Assembly (NCBI GenBank): GCA_008012175.1
Contig: SSEF01000030.1
Span: 1 to 59,835 of the forward strand
Direction: 5' to 3'
Length of the DNA stretch: 59,835 nucleotides
Source: Candidatus Moraniibacteriota bacterium
GTDB taxonomy: Bacteria > Patescibacteriota > Minisyncoccia > Moranbacterales > UBA1568
Translations under genes and position numbers: made by a program
Shown: positions 34,802 through 44,899 of the stretch, in pieces
Layout: each line of letters opens with the position of its first letter
Numbering within the stretch: position 1 is the stretch's first letter
Notes under the pieces: generated by a model
Database searches by the model: none
Seen by the model: the letters and a program-made list of their open reading frames with translations, nothing else
What the model was told of the DNA's origin: nothing

Positions 34802-35509
34802 ATGGATACACGGCTTTTCCCCGCCACCGAGCGCGGACATATCACCTGGGATTGGCTCGATACCTACCACTCATTCAGCTTTGGTCATTTCTACAACCCA
34901 GATCTCATGGGTTTCGGCGCGCTCCGGGTTGTAAACGATGACACGATCGCCCCCGGTCAAGGCTTCGGCCAACACCCGCATAGTGACATGGAAATTATCA
35001 CTATCCCTCTTTCGGGAGCGGTTGAGCACGAAGATAATACCGGTGCGCATGGCATAACGCCCGCCGGCTCCGTCCAAGTCATGTCAGCCGGCCGGCATGT
35101 CGCGCACTCAGAGAAGAATGCTTCAGCAACTGAACCGCTTTCACTTTTCCAGATCTGGATCGAGCCAAAAAACTACGGCATCGAGCCGCGTTATGAGGAA
35201 AAGACTTTTGATCCCAAAGACCGCGAATCCGTGTGGCAGCTCCTGGTTTCTGGCGACGGCCGTAGCGGATCTCTCCCGATTCATCAGGATGCCTTCATCT
35301 CGCTCGGCCGCTTCGGCTCCGATGCCCCATTCAACTATACGCTTCGCCAAAGTGGCAATGCCGTGTTTGTCATGATCGTGGAAGGGCAAGCGACTATCAG
35401 CGAACATGCTCTCGGCCGCCGCGATGCGCTCGGAATAAGTGATACGATTTCATTCGATGGAGTGATGCAGAGAGATGGCGAGATCATGATCATTGAGATC
35501 CCATATTGA
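34802..35509 (+). CDS. Pirin family protein (cupin)
   Basis: 235 aa. RGHITWDWLDTYHSFSFGHFY...GFGQHPHSDMEIITIPLSG motifs. Confidence 0.88.
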   Translation: MDTRLFPATERGHITWDWLDTYHSFSFGHFYNPDLMGFGALRVVNDDTIAPGQGFGQHPHSDMEIITIPLSGAVEHEDNTGAHGITPAGSVQVMSAGRHVAHSEKNASATEPLSLFQIWIEPKNYGIEPRYEEKTFDPKDRESVWQLLVSGDGRSGSLPIHQDAFISLGRFGSDAPFNYTLRQSGNAVFVMIVEGQATISEHALGRRDALGISDTISFDGVMQRDGEIMIIEIPY

Positions 35510-35540
35510 GATTCCCAGCTGATCGAATAAAATAAGCAAA

Positions 35541-35575
35541 AAGAAAACCGCCCGATGAAGGGCGGCATTCTTTTC
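35541..35575. terminator. Bidirectional rho-independent terminator (pirin gene / RRM gene)
   Basis: ccgccc (35548-35553) / gggcgg (35560-35565) stem, flanked by an A run upstream and a T run downstream. Confidence 0.75.
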
Positions 35576-35581
35576 CGATGT

Positions 35582-35848
35582 TTAGGCCTGGTCCCGGTTC
35601 TCGAGCGGACGCGCTTCGTTCACAGTGAGCGTGCGACCATCGAGTTCCTTGCCGTGCCAGAGTTCGATGGCCTTGGCAGCCTCTTCCGGAGTGGACATCT
35701 CGACGAACCCGAAACCGCGTGAGCGGCCCGTGGCCCGGTCGATGATGATCTTCGTAGAGACGACCGTACCAGCCTGCGAGAAGGCGACCTTGAGGTCTTC
35801 CTCTGTGGAGCGGTACGGGATACCACCGACGTACAGACGTGTCGACAT
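35582..35848 (-). CDS. RRM-type RNA-binding protein
   Basis: 88 aa from ATG 35848. RNP2 LYVGGIPY and RNP1 RGFGFVEM. The tracked ORF (to 36004) has an implausible N-terminal extension. Confidence 0.88.
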   Translation of the reverse strand: MSTRLYVGGIPYRSTEEDLKVAFSQAGTVVSTKIIIDRATGRSRGFGFVEMSTPEEAAKAIELWHGKELDGRTLTVNEARPLENRDQA

Positions 35849-36066
35849 AGTGTAAAACTCTCTAGTTATGCAATCTATGTAAGACGACCTTCTGGCTTCA
35901 TTCACGTAACTGGCTGGCCCTCTGTGGACCGATACCGCGTACACGCCGAAATTCCGACCGAGAAACCTTACTGTTGCACTTAGACCATAGCATGAACAAG
36001 CCATAAAGGCAAGATCCGTAGCCTATGCTACAATGGGACAGGAAAGTAAACACTAACTATTTCTGT

Positions 36067-36288
36067 ATGCAGAAAACGACGCATTTCACGGTGTCTCGGG
36101 ACAAGAAAGGCGGCTACCGCTGGAAATTGATCGGAGCCAACGGCGAGACAGTCGCCACTGGTGAGAGCTACAAATCCCGCGCTTCGATGATGAATGCCGT
36201 AAAAAAGCTCCGAGTTTGGGCGGCTACTGATCGAATTGAGGAATCCACAGCAAAAAAGACAGTCAGAAAATCAACCAAAGCAGCCTAG
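36067..36288 (+). CDS. DUF1508 (YegP-like) domain protein
   Basis: 73 aa from ATG 36067. FTVSRDKKGGYRWKLIGANGETVATGESYKSRASMMNAVKKLR matches the YegP repeat pattern. Confidence 0.7.
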   Translation: MQKTTHFTVSRDKKGGYRWKLIGANGETVATGESYKSRASMMNAVKKLRVWAATDRIEESTAKKTVRKSTKAA

Positions 36289-36309
36289 CCCGCGTAAGCG
36301 GGCTTTTTT
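36287..36309 (+). terminator. Rho-independent terminator
   Basis: agcccgc-gtaa-gcgggct stem-loop followed by tttttt. Overlaps the stop codon of the convergent transporter gene. Confidence 0.8.
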
Positions 36310-37270
36310 ATTTTCGCTCATGGATTTCTTCTATCGTCCAATGATTGTGCCGAATTAGCCATTGAAACACAAGGAGTCCCATATTCCAGGGAAGCATCGA
36401 GAGGATCACTACCAATATGGCTGCCGTATCACGAAAAAGTGTCTCGGCAAGAAATATCGCCAGAGTAAAATTCATATAAGAAAGCGCCAGTGTGACTGTT
36501 ATACGGTCTTTTTTTGATCGCCAGAAACAAGCGACGTAAGCGAGCCCATGAAAAAGTACGAAAAGTACCGTCATAACAGCGAAAGCTTCGATGGCAACGC
36601 TTCCGCTGAAACCCTCCTTGAGAGATTCGCTATTCCTCGAAGCGATCGCCGCTACGAGAAGCCAGAGGGACAGTACTGAGCCCGCACGCATAACTCCCCC
36701 GCCCCACCTGATAATTTCACGGCCGAAAGAAAAAAAACGAACAAGTTGCGCGAGGGCGATCGGCACGGCCATAACAAAAAATAGGGATTGGAACATGGTC
36801 CAGGGGGCATACGTCACAACTCCATTGTTCAGGCTGCCGAGAATGAGCGGGAGTGTCACTACCGAAAGCAGTGAAGTACCCGCAGTCAAGAGAAGCGCCA
36901 AGGGCACATTCCCCCGGATCATATCCACAAAGAGCGGCGATGTCATACCAGCCGGCATCGCTGCCAAGAGGACAAGGGGGGCCACCAGTCCAGGAGAAAG
37001 CCATGTGGTCAGCACTAAAACAAAGATCGGGAAAATAACCAACCGAAGCGATGCAACCACCACAAAGAGTTTTCGATCCCGAAGCTCTGAAAGGACTGAA
37101 TGGAGATCGATCTTGAGACCGCTTGTAAAAAAAATAAACTGCAACAGGATACTGGTCCAGCTATAGTACGGGACAAACCAGGAAGGAATCACTAATCCAA
37201 AAATTAGGGCCGCGGCGAGGCCAAAAAATGGTAGATCATCTAGTCTCCGATGAGAAAAGGAGGGAATCAT
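36308..37270 (-). CDS. Bile acid:sodium symporter (BASS/SBF-like) family transporter
   Basis: 320 aa, about 9-10 TM helices. The FFTSGLKIDL region and overall topology resemble SBF-like transporters. Confidence 0.55.
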   Translation of the reverse strand: MIPSFSHRRLDDLPFFGLAAALIFGLVIPSWFVPYYSWTSILLQFIFFTSGLKIDLHSVLSELRDRKLFVVVASLRLVIFPIFVLVLTTWLSPGLVAPLVLLAAMPAGMTSPLFVDMIRGNVPLALLLTAGTSLLSVVTLPLILGSLNNGVVTYAPWTMFQSLFFVMAVPIALAQLVRFFSFGREIIRWGGGVMRAGSVLSLWLLVAAIASRNSESLKEGFSGSVAIEAFAVMTVLFVLFHGLAYVACFWRSKKDRITVTLALSYMNFTLAIFLAETLFRDTAAILVVILSMLPWNMGLLVFQWLIRHNHWTIEEIHERK

Positions 37271-37281
37271 AGCTGCTCAAT

Positions 37282-37908
37282 CTAATTATCAAGAAGAGGG
37301 GCGATCTCAGAGATGATTCGTTCGGAAATTTTTTCATATCCCCGATCGTTCGGATGGACCGCATCGCTCATAAGTGCCGGATCACCGAAAACCCCTTTGA
37401 GTATATCTTCAATATAGAGGGATTTCGTTTCCTCAGCCAACGTTTCATACCAGCCATCTGCTCCACCGCCGATGATGCCACTTCGGACGCCGATAAGAAC
37501 AATGGCTGCACCATCCGATTGGAATGCAGAAATAATCGATCTTAGGTTTTCAAACGTCTCTTCACGTGGAATTTTCTGTAGAAAATCATTACCGCCGAGC
37601 AGGATTATGGCTACTCGCGGATGCTCTATGACTGCACTGCTTACCCGGGCAAGCCCCTGCCGCGTTGTATCACCCGCTATTCCGTAATTTAAGACCGGTT
37701 CACCAAGACCCCTTTCAAGAAGGTTCGGTAGATCATGTCCCGTACTTGCCCCTACCCCCTCGACCAAGCTATCTCCAAAAAAGAGAATCGGGCCCGTTGA
37801 TCGAAGAGGGACATTCCGGAGGGGTTGGTCTCGAAAAACTAAATAGGCTACTCCAATTCCGGAAATAACAATGCTTGCGAAAATGAAGGCTCTTTTAAAC
37901 ATCGCCAT
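37282..37908 (-). CDS. SGNH/GDSL hydrolase (arylesterase/TesA-like)
   Basis: 208 aa. Signal anchor plus blocks FFGDSLVEG, GIAGDTT, LGGNDF and DAVHPN. Confidence 0.85.
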   Translation of the reverse strand: MAMFKRAFIFASIVISGIGVAYLVFRDQPLRNVPLRSTGPILFFGDSLVEGVGASTGHDLPNLLERGLGEPVLNYGIAGDTTRQGLARVSSAVIEHPRVAIILLGGNDFLQKIPREETFENLRSIISAFQSDGAAIVLIGVRSGIIGGGADGWYETLAEETKSLYIEDILKGVFGDPALMSDAVHPNDRGYEKISERIISEIAPLLDN

Positions 37909-37968
37909 ACTATTTAGATCCTGGTAAAAAGATGTTCCTGCTCTGATGGCACGATCTGATGTGCTCTG

Positions 37969-38742
37969 CTACGCACGCAAGCCACGGCCTGTCTTAAAGA
38001 GATACCAGGTGTAGATGAAAAGTCCGGCTGTGAGAGATCCAAGGAGTCCAGCCGCAAGTGTCACCGAGACATCAGAAACGCCGAGGAAGCCGTAACGGAA
38101 ACCATTCACCATATAGAGAATCGGATTCCCGTGCGAGACCGATTGCCAAAAAGGCGGCAGCATGGTGATCGAATAGAAAACTCCCCCGAGATAGGTCAAC
38201 GGTGTCAGGACGAAATTCGGCACGATCGATATCCCGTCGAAACTGTTGGCGAAGACACCATTCAGAAGTCCAATCATCGAGAAGAGTACCGACGTGAGGA
38301 GAGCGAAGAGCAACATAATTCCAGGATGCGCCATCGTGACATCGGTGAAAAAACTCGCCACAACCATGACAAGCGTCGCGATCGTCATCCCGCGCAAGAC
38401 ACCGCCCGTGACATAGCCCGCGATGACGACCGGGTACGGCGTCGGCGACACCATGATCTCCTCGAGCGTTTTCTGGAATTTCGCGAAGTAGAAGGAGGAG
38501 ACGGTATGCATGAATGAGCTCATGATAACTGACATCATGATGAGGCCAGGAACAATGAATTCCATGTAGGTATAGCCATTGATCGGCGCGATTTGCGATC
38601 CGATAAAGCCACCGAAGATAACAAAATAGAGCGACATGGTAACAACCGGTGGCAAAAGCGTCTGTGACCACACTCGCAGATAACGGATAGCCTCCTTGCG
38701 GACGATCGTGGCATAGGCGACCCAAAGTTCGGAAGGGTTCAT
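37969..38742 (-). CDS. ABC-2 type transporter permease
   Basis: 257 aa, six TM helices. Immediately downstream of the ABC ATPase. Confidence 0.8.
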   Translation of the reverse strand: MNPSELWVAYATIVRKEAIRYLRVWSQTLLPPVVTMSLYFVIFGGFIGSQIAPINGYTYMEFIVPGLIMMSVIMSSFMHTVSSFYFAKFQKTLEEIMVSPTPYPVVIAGYVTGGVLRGMTIATLVMVVASFFTDVTMAHPGIMLLFALLTSVLFSMIGLLNGVFANSFDGISIVPNFVLTPLTYLGGVFYSITMLPPFWQSVSHGNPILYMVNGFRYGFLGVSDVSVTLAAGLLGSLTAGLFIYTWYLFKTGRGLRA

Positions 38743-38747
38743 GACAA

Positions 38748-39674
38748 TCAGGATTTATTGGATTTTCCAGTCTTCTGCACAAAGAACTCTTCGAGCCGGT
38801 TCGTCTTGTTCCGAAGACTCTTCACCTCAAGGCCAAGTCCATGGAGTGCTAGGAGCGCCTTATCAAGCGTATGTTCTTTGGTCAGTGTAAGCTCGACCGA
38901 TCGATCTCCGACCGAGGCCCGGAACGGCTGCAGCTTCGCAATACCTTCCGTCGAAACGCTGCTGCCGAGGTCGAAGACGAACGTCTCCTCCTCCATCGAG
39001 GCAAGGAGCGTTTTGATCTCACCGCGCTCGACAATTTCCCCTTGATTGATAATGGCGACGTGGCGGCAAAGCTGCTCAGCCTCTTCGAGATAGTGCGTCG
39101 TAAGGATAATCGTTACACCAGCAGCATTCAGCTCACGAAGAAAATCCCACATGTCGCGTCGAAGTTCGATGTCGACACCTGCCGTCGGCTCATCAAGGAT
39201 GAGTAGTTTTGGCTCATGGACAAGACCACGTGCGATCATGAGTCGGCGTTTCATGCCGCCCGAGAGGGAACGGGCCTGCTCATGCCGCTTTTCCCAAAGT
39301 CCCAGTTGCTTCAAATATTTCTCTGCAGCAACCAGCGCGCGCTTCCGCGGGATCCCATAGTACCCCGCCTGATCGACAACGATGTTCTCGACTTTCTCGA
39401 ATATACCGAAATTAAACTCCTGCGGCACGACACCGACATGCAGCTTGGCTTGAGCTGACTCTTCATCAATCGACAAGTCACCAATCTTTACCTCGCCCGA
39501 ATCTTTGTTGACGAGACCGGAAACGATCCCGATGAGCGTTGTCTTGCCGGCACCATTCGGACCGAGGAGCGCGAAGAAATCCCCTTCCTCCACTTCAAGA
39601 CTGACGCTCTTGAGCGCTACAACGCCGTTTCCGTACGTCTTCTTGAGCTCTTTGATCGAAAGTGCGGATACCAT
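38748..39674 (-). CDS. ABC transporter ATP-binding protein (ABC-2/DrrA-like)
   Basis: 308 aa. Walker A GPNGAGKTT, signature LSGGMKRRLMIARGL, Walker B LILDEPTAGVD. Confidence 0.9.
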   Translation of the reverse strand: MVSALSIKELKKTYGNGVVALKSVSLEVEEGDFFALLGPNGAGKTTLIGIVSGLVNKDSGEVKIGDLSIDEESAQAKLHVGVVPQEFNFGIFEKVENIVVDQAGYYGIPRKRALVAAEKYLKQLGLWEKRHEQARSLSGGMKRRLMIARGLVHEPKLLILDEPTAGVDIELRRDMWDFLRELNAAGVTIILTTHYLEEAEQLCRHVAIINQGEIVERGEIKTLLASMEEETFVFDLGSSVSTEGIAKLQPFRASVGDRSVELTLTKEHTLDKALLALHGLGLEVKSLRNKTNRLEEFFVQKTGKSNKS

Positions 39675-39679
39675 ATTTT

Positions 39680-40201
39680 TTAGGCCTTTTCGTTCGGCTT
39701 CAGCGGTAGCGTGCCAATGTAGTCAGCCTTGCCAAGCGGCATCCCCTGATTCCGGAGTATGTCATACGCCGTCGTCACGTGGAAGAAGAAGTTCGGAAGA
39801 TACGATTCAAAAAGCGCTTCTTCCCCGAGAAGATATGTGTCTGGGACATACGGAAATAGTATGCGCCGAGACTCCGAACCTTCAAATTTCGCCGGGTCAA
39901 GTGTTTTGAGGTATGCGACCGTCTTTCTAGTACGATCGATTAGTTCTGATAGGGTCGATTCCGTATCCTCCATTTTTGGCGGCTCTTCCCCCGCCAAGCG
40001 AGCCGATATCGACTTGGCATTGTCGGAAGCAATCTGTATCTGGCGGACGAGGGGGAACATATCCGGAGCAAGCCTCGATTGAAGTATTTCTTCCTCGGTT
40101 TTCCTGGTTTCTTTTGCCCAGACCGTCGCCTTTTCAAGAATACCAGCGAGATTTCCAAGCATTTTAGTGTAAACAGGTACTGAGAAATGGTAAAGATTCA
40201 T
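39680..40201 (-). CDS. DUF1993 domain protein
   Basis: 173 aa. The N-terminus FSVPVYTKMLGNLAGILEKA matches my recollection of DUF1993. Confidence 0.5.
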   Translation of the reverse strand: MNLYHFSVPVYTKMLGNLAGILEKATVWAKETRKTEEEILQSRLAPDMFPLVRQIQIASDNAKSISARLAGEEPPKMEDTESTLSELIDRTRKTVAYLKTLDPAKFEGSESRRILFPYVPDTYLLGEEALFESYLPNFFFHVTTAYDILRNQGMPLGKADYIGTLPLKPNEKA

Positions 40202-40319
40202 AATATCAACTTTACTAAATTAACCCCCCGCCTTCATGATATCATCGGCAGCCAGGACAAAATATCCCTCCGAGGAAGTATTTTGGAAAATGACAGATTA
40301 AACCATGTGCGTTAGGGGT

Positions 40320-41090
40320 TCAGCGGATTTCGTAGGTCAGAGTCACATTCACCTTAGTTTCATTGGTGCCCGGCTCAATAGAAGGGGCGGCCGCGCCGCC
40401 AACACCGATAGCCGAAGATTTCATGCTGAGTTCGCTATCCCCACCATATCCGAGCATTTGCGGTGACTCATAGATCGATACGAGCCGACCCATTTCAAAC
40501 CCGGCGTCTTTTGCTAAGCGGACAGCCTTTTCTTGAGCTTTCTTGATGGCTTCCTTCCGAGCATCTGCCTTGGCCTCATCCTCATCATCCACCGTAAAGA
40601 CTACCTGCGAGACATTATTCGCCCCCTTCTCGACCACGCCGGAAAGAAGATCGCCAATTTTTTCCGTATCTTTGACCGTGACACGGAGTGTTTGCGTGAG
40701 CGAATAGCCACTGATGCTCGGCTGAGGACAGACCACGAGACCGGAGCAGTTCGGATAATCGTACCGCGGAGAAAGCGTATATTCATCGGTCTTCAGGTCT
40801 TTTTCAGAGATGCCCGCCTCCTTCAGGAACACGTTCACAGCATTCATTTTCTCCGTATTCTTGGCCTGGATCTCAGCTACATTCCTTCCGCCATCCGTAA
40901 CAACCGAAACTGAAAATTTCGCGACATCCGGTGTGACATCGATCTTTCCTTCGCCATCGACTGAAAAGGTGCGTGTCGGGTAGGTCTTATCGACTGAACG
41001 CGAGTATTCGAAAGCTGCCAAAAGCGCCGCAACCGCTATCAGAAGAACTGCAATCGATTTGATTGAATGACGTGTTGATTCCTCAAGCAT
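40320..41090 (-). CDS. SIMPL (DUF541) domain protein
   Basis: 256 aa. N-terminal TM anchor, then a pattern typical of SIMPL/26-kDa periplasmic immunogenic protein (...TFSVDGEGKIDVTPDVAKFSVSV...). Confidence 0.65.
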   Translation of the reverse strand: MLEESTRHSIKSIAVLLIAVAALLAAFEYSRSVDKTYPTRTFSVDGEGKIDVTPDVAKFSVSVVTDGGRNVAEIQAKNTEKMNAVNVFLKEAGISEKDLKTDEYTLSPRYDYPNCSGLVVCPQPSISGYSLTQTLRVTVKDTEKIGDLLSGVVEKGANNVSQVVFTVDDEDEAKADARKEAIKKAQEKAVRLAKDAGFEMGRLVSIYESPQMLGYGGDSELSMKSSAIGVGGAAAPSIEPGTNETKVNVTLTYEIR

Positions 41091-41133
41091 AGCTAAAAAG
41101 CTGAAATATTATGTGGCTCCAGTATAACACCAC

Positions 41134-41169
41134 AAAAAAGGAAAGTCCCTCTCTAGGGAGAAGGACTTT
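41134..41169 (-). terminator. Rho-independent terminator after the 41204-41707 gene
   Basis: Imperfect hairpin agtccctctc/gagaaggact, followed on the minus strand by cctttttt. Confidence 0.55.
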
Positions 41170-41203
41170 GATACGCGTTTGTGAGCGGGAAAGAAACCGA
41201 TAT

Positions 41204-41707
41204 CTAGAGCTGCGACTTAAGCTGCGCTAGAGCGTCATTGAACGACTTGGTCGTGAGTGAAGAGCCGCCCACCTTATCAATCGACGAGAGCTCGCTTAAC
41301 TTCTTTCCCTTTACCGCTGCCGGCAAGCCTTCCGCGAATGCCGTCTGGCGCTTCTTGGAGATATCGTTAGTCGCCAAGATATCGGTCTTTGCATCGACAA
41401 TCGTCCCCATGGCATCAACCGAAAGCGTGAAGCCGACCGCATCTTCTCCGGAAGGATTCTTATAGGATGTTTTCGCGGTTACTGACTTTGCCGCCTTGGG
41501 GGCCTCAGTCATAGTTTCCATTGGCTTCTCCATTGGTTTACCAGCGGACTCGCCGACCATTTTGGGAGAACTTCCTTTCATATCGCCAGAAACCGCGGAC
41601 GGACTTGCATCCCCGCCTTTCGAGGGCATCAAGAACTTCGCTGCTGCCACGAGCCCGGCCAGCACCGCGACCCCGAGAAACAGCGTACTCTTCTTTATCT
41701 GTGACAT
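41204..41707 (-). CDS. Hypothetical exported protein
   Basis: 167-aa ORF with an N-terminal signal/anchor (LFLGVAVLAGLVAAAKF). No recognised domain. Confidence 0.55.
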   Translation of the reverse strand: MSQIKKSTLFLGVAVLAGLVAAAKFLMPSKGGDASPSAVSGDMKGSSPKMVGESAGKPMEKPMETMTEAPKAAKSVTAKTSYKNPSGEDAVGFTLSVDAMGTIVDAKTDILATNDISKKRQTAFAEGLPAAVKGKKLSELSSIDKVGGSSLTTKSFNDALAQLKSQL

Positions 41708-41777
41708 ACTTTAGAAAGTAAAGTGTTTACCTGTCTATTTTGAGGGAAAGATCAGGTTTTATCAACCCCCTCATTTT

Positions 41778-42995
41778 CTACTCGTAGCGAAGCGCATCGA
41801 TCGGATTGAGGCGTGCCGCTCGACTGGCCGGATAATACCCGAAAACAATGCCGATCACCGCCGAGACGATTGACGCCAAAAGAATAGAGTCCGTCGATAC
41901 CTCCGCCGCGATGCCATAACGATTCATCACGTATGAGATCACGAATCCCCAGAAAATTCCGAAAAATCCGCCGGCAAAAGTCAGCACACCTGCCTCGAAA
42001 AGAAATTGGATCCGGATTTCACGTCCACGCGCCCCTATAGCCTTGCGAAGGCCGATCTCGCGAGTCCGTTCTGTTACTGATGTAAGCATCATGTTCATGA
42101 TACCGATACCGCCAACGATGAGCGATATGCCAGCAACTGCGCCGAGAAGCGTCGTAAATGTTCCTGTCACAGATGAGGCTGTCGCAACAATGTCAGCCTG
42201 ATTTAAGATTGAGAAGTCAGCGGTGTCATCCGCACTGATGCCATGCGCTTCGAGAAGCACCGAACGCACACTTGCCGCCGCTGACGTCATGTCCTCTCCG
42301 GAACGGATCTGGATGTTGATATTGGAAAGATATCGATTTCCAGTGAGAAATTGCTGGGCCGTCGAAACCGGGATATATACAACATCATCGGAACTGCCAA
42401 AACCAGTGCCTCCGCGTGCCATAGTTACACCGATGACCGTGAAATCAACCTGGCCGACACGGATTTTCTTTCCCATCGGACTAGTTCCTGGGAAAAGCTC
42501 CTCTACAACATCTGGACCGAGCACAGCCACTTTGGCAAGTGAGCGTTCATGGGATTCGGAAATGAAAATCCCGTCTGCAATCTTTACATTTCGAACGGAC
42601 GGATACTCGGTTGTGACACCCGTCACGCTCGTATTAGTATTCCTTCCTCCGGCTGTTACTTGCTGGCCACGCGCCTGAGCCTCGGCAGCTACAGCTTCGA
42701 CAGCTGGAACTGCCTCCAATGCAAGAATATCCGCTGTCGTAAGTGATTGCGCCGACCCTTGAGCACCTTGCACAGGAGAGCCCGGCCCCTGCTGTGAGCC
42801 CGGTCGAACAATGAGCAGATTCGACCCAATTGCCTGGATATTCTCCTGGATCGCCGTCTGCGCCCCTTGGCCAATTGCAACCATGACGATAACAGAGGCA
42901 ATCCCGATGACGATGCCGAGAACAGTCAAGCTTGACCGTGACTTGTTCACGGTAACAGCAGTATAGATTTCCCGCATCAGGTCGGGCATGAGCAT
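41778..42995 (-). CDS. MacB-like ABC transporter permease (FtsX domain)
   Basis: 405 aa. N-terminal TM helix, large periplasmic domain, C-terminal FtsX-type 3-TM bundle (REIGLRKAIGA). Confidence 0.88.
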   Translation of the reverse strand: MLMPDLMREIYTAVTVNKSRSSLTVLGIVIGIASVIVMVAIGQGAQTAIQENIQAIGSNLLIVRPGSQQGPGSPVQGAQGSAQSLTTADILALEAVPAVEAVAAEAQARGQQVTAGGRNTNTSVTGVTTEYPSVRNVKIADGIFISESHERSLAKVAVLGPDVVEELFPGTSPMGKKIRVGQVDFTVIGVTMARGGTGFGSSDDVVYIPVSTAQQFLTGNRYLSNINIQIRSGEDMTSAAASVRSVLLEAHGISADDTADFSILNQADIVATASSVTGTFTTLLGAVAGISLIVGGIGIMNMMLTSVTERTREIGLRKAIGARGREIRIQFLFEAGVLTFAGGFFGIFWGFVISYVMNRYGIAAEVSTDSILLASIVSAVIGIVFGYYPASRAARLNPIDALRYE

Positions 42996-43005
42996 AGTCC
43001 TGTCT

Positions 43006-43716
43006 CTACGATATTCGATTCAGCCGAGCCTGGACATCGCTGACGAGTTCGCCATCTCGGATCGATAGGATACGATCAGCATGAGCCGCGACCTCATCTT
43101 CGTGGGTAATGAGAATAATGGTATGTCCCTGCTCTCGATTGAGGTGCTCAAAAGTCTCAAGCACCTTCTCCCCGGTTTTGGTGTCGAGATTGCCAGTCGG
43201 TTCATCGGCGAGGATAAGTGATGGATTATTGACAAGGGCGCGAGCGATCGCCACACGCTGCATCTGTCCACCAGAAAGCTGATTGGAACGATGTTGCCAC
43301 CGGGATTCGTCGAGACTCACCGCCCGAAGCGCCCGGGCCACCCGCTCGGCACGCTCGCTCTCGGGTACCTCGAGATAGATAAGGGGCAGCATCACATTCC
43401 GGAAAACACTTGTCCGCGGCAGAAGATTGAATGACTGAAAAACGAAACCGATTTTCTCACGACGGATAATGGAAAGCTCATCCTCTGAAAGCCCAGAAAC
43501 GTCTCGCCCCTCAAAACGGTACTCTCCGGACGTCGGCGTGTCGAGCGCCCCCAAAATATGCATAAGGGTCGACTTACCACTCCCGCTCGGCCCCATGATC
43601 GAGACGAACTCACCCTTCGCGATCTCGAATGACACATTCCTCAGGACGGTCGTATTCTGATCGCCATTCATGTATGTCTTTGTTATTTCACGACACTCAA
43701 TCATAAACACTGGCAT
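43006..43716 (-). CDS. ABC transporter ATP-binding protein (MacB/LolD-type)
   Basis: 236 aa. GPSGSGKSTL, LSGGQMQRVAIARAL, ILADEPTGNLD. Confidence 0.92.
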   Translation of the reverse strand: MPVFMIECREITKTYMNGDQNTTVLRNVSFEIAKGEFVSIMGPSGSGKSTLMHILGALDTPTSGEYRFEGRDVSGLSEDELSIIRREKIGFVFQSFNLLPRTSVFRNVMLPLIYLEVPESERAERVARALRAVSLDESRWQHRSNQLSGGQMQRVAIARALVNNPSLILADEPTGNLDTKTGEKVLETFEHLNREQGHTIILITHEDEVAAHADRILSIRDGELVSDVQARLNRIS

Positions 43717-43724
43717 TCGGTCTT

Positions 43725-44879
43725 TTAGCGAGAAAATCCGCCACCCCGGCTATTACTCCCCGATCCGCGGAAAAGATTTAGGATACTCCCTTGACCGCTC
43801 CCCCCTGTTGCGCTGGTGGTTTGGTTCGAAGTAACCGCTGGAAGTTCAACAACCATACCGACCGATAGTCCACTGACTATCTCTGTGACTATGTCATTTG
43901 ATAACCCAATGACAACCGATCGTGCCTCCCCCTGGAGGGCATCTTCCCCATTTCGACGGACGGTCACGGCTATTTCCCCTTTCTTGCTAGAAAGAGCAGC
44001 ATTTGGGACGACGAGCACGTCCTTCTTTTCGGCGACCACAATATCGGCCGTCGCGCTCATACCCGGCTTCAAACCCTCAGGCTGCTCATCAAGCTCGATT
44101 TCCGCACCATAGGAAACAACATTCTGCGTCACCGTTCCAATTGTGTCGAGCTTCACAACTCGACCATTGACGGTCACATCGGGAAGCGCAACAAAGCTTA
44201 GGCTAGCCGAATTCCCTTCACGGACCTTGGCAGCATCCACTTCATTCAATGCGACAGAAACATGCAACTTCTTCGTAATCACCGAAGCGAGCGCTGTCGT
44301 TTGAGAAATGGTGTCGCCGCTTTCAACCGAAAGACCAGTTACGATACCATCAAAGGGGGCGCGAATCGTATAGTCCGCGAGTCGGTCGCGGACCTTTTCG
44401 AGAGCGATGACACTTTGCGCGACCGAAACATTGGCAAGCTGTCGCTGGCGCATGTCGTCACGATCCAGCTTTGGATACAAGTCATCAGCTTGCTTCTCTT
44501 TGATTTCTGCCTGACGGAGATCCAGTTCGGCTTTGCTGACGTCACGGCGCGCATCCTCATTGTCGAGGACCGCGATGACCTCTCCCTTCCTGACTTCCTG
44601 GTCATTCTTCACTGCCACCGCAGTCACAACGATGGCATCGCCCGCAACTACCGGCTTCAGATCGACCTGAGAATCCGCCTCAACCTGACCACTTCCGGAA
44701 ATGGTCACTCGGAGATCCATTCTTTCCACTTTTGCAGTCCGAACAGTCGCAGCAGAAGAAGGGGTATCCGTTTCAGATATAAAAAACGAATAGTACACCC
44801 CTCCGGCCAGGAGAACACTGAGTGCTGCTGTAGCAATATAATGACTGCGAACGAGCGTGAAGATGCTAGTAACATTCAT
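43725..44879 (-). CDS. Efflux periplasmic adaptor subunit (HlyD/MacA family)
   Basis: 384 aa. TM anchor, lipoyl/hairpin/beta-barrel pattern (IRAPFDGIVTGL). Operon with the MacB-like genes. Confidence 0.85.
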   Translation of the reverse strand: MNVTSIFTLVRSHYIATAALSVLLAGGVYYSFFISETDTPSSAATVRTAKVERMDLRVTISGSGQVEADSQVDLKPVVAGDAIVVTAVAVKNDQEVRKGEVIAVLDNEDARRDVSKAELDLRQAEIKEKQADDLYPKLDRDDMRQRQLANVSVAQSVIALEKVRDRLADYTIRAPFDGIVTGLSVESGDTISQTTALASVITKKLHVSVALNEVDAAKVREGNSASLSFVALPDVTVNGRVVKLDTIGTVTQNVVSYGAEIELDEQPEGLKPGMSATADIVVAEKKDVLVVPNAALSSKKGEIAVTVRRNGEDALQGEARSVVIGLSNDIVTEIVSGLSVGMVVELPAVTSNQTTSATGGSGQGSILNLFRGSGSNSRGGGFSR

Positions 44880-44899
44880 ACGGCATTTATTTCAGGCAG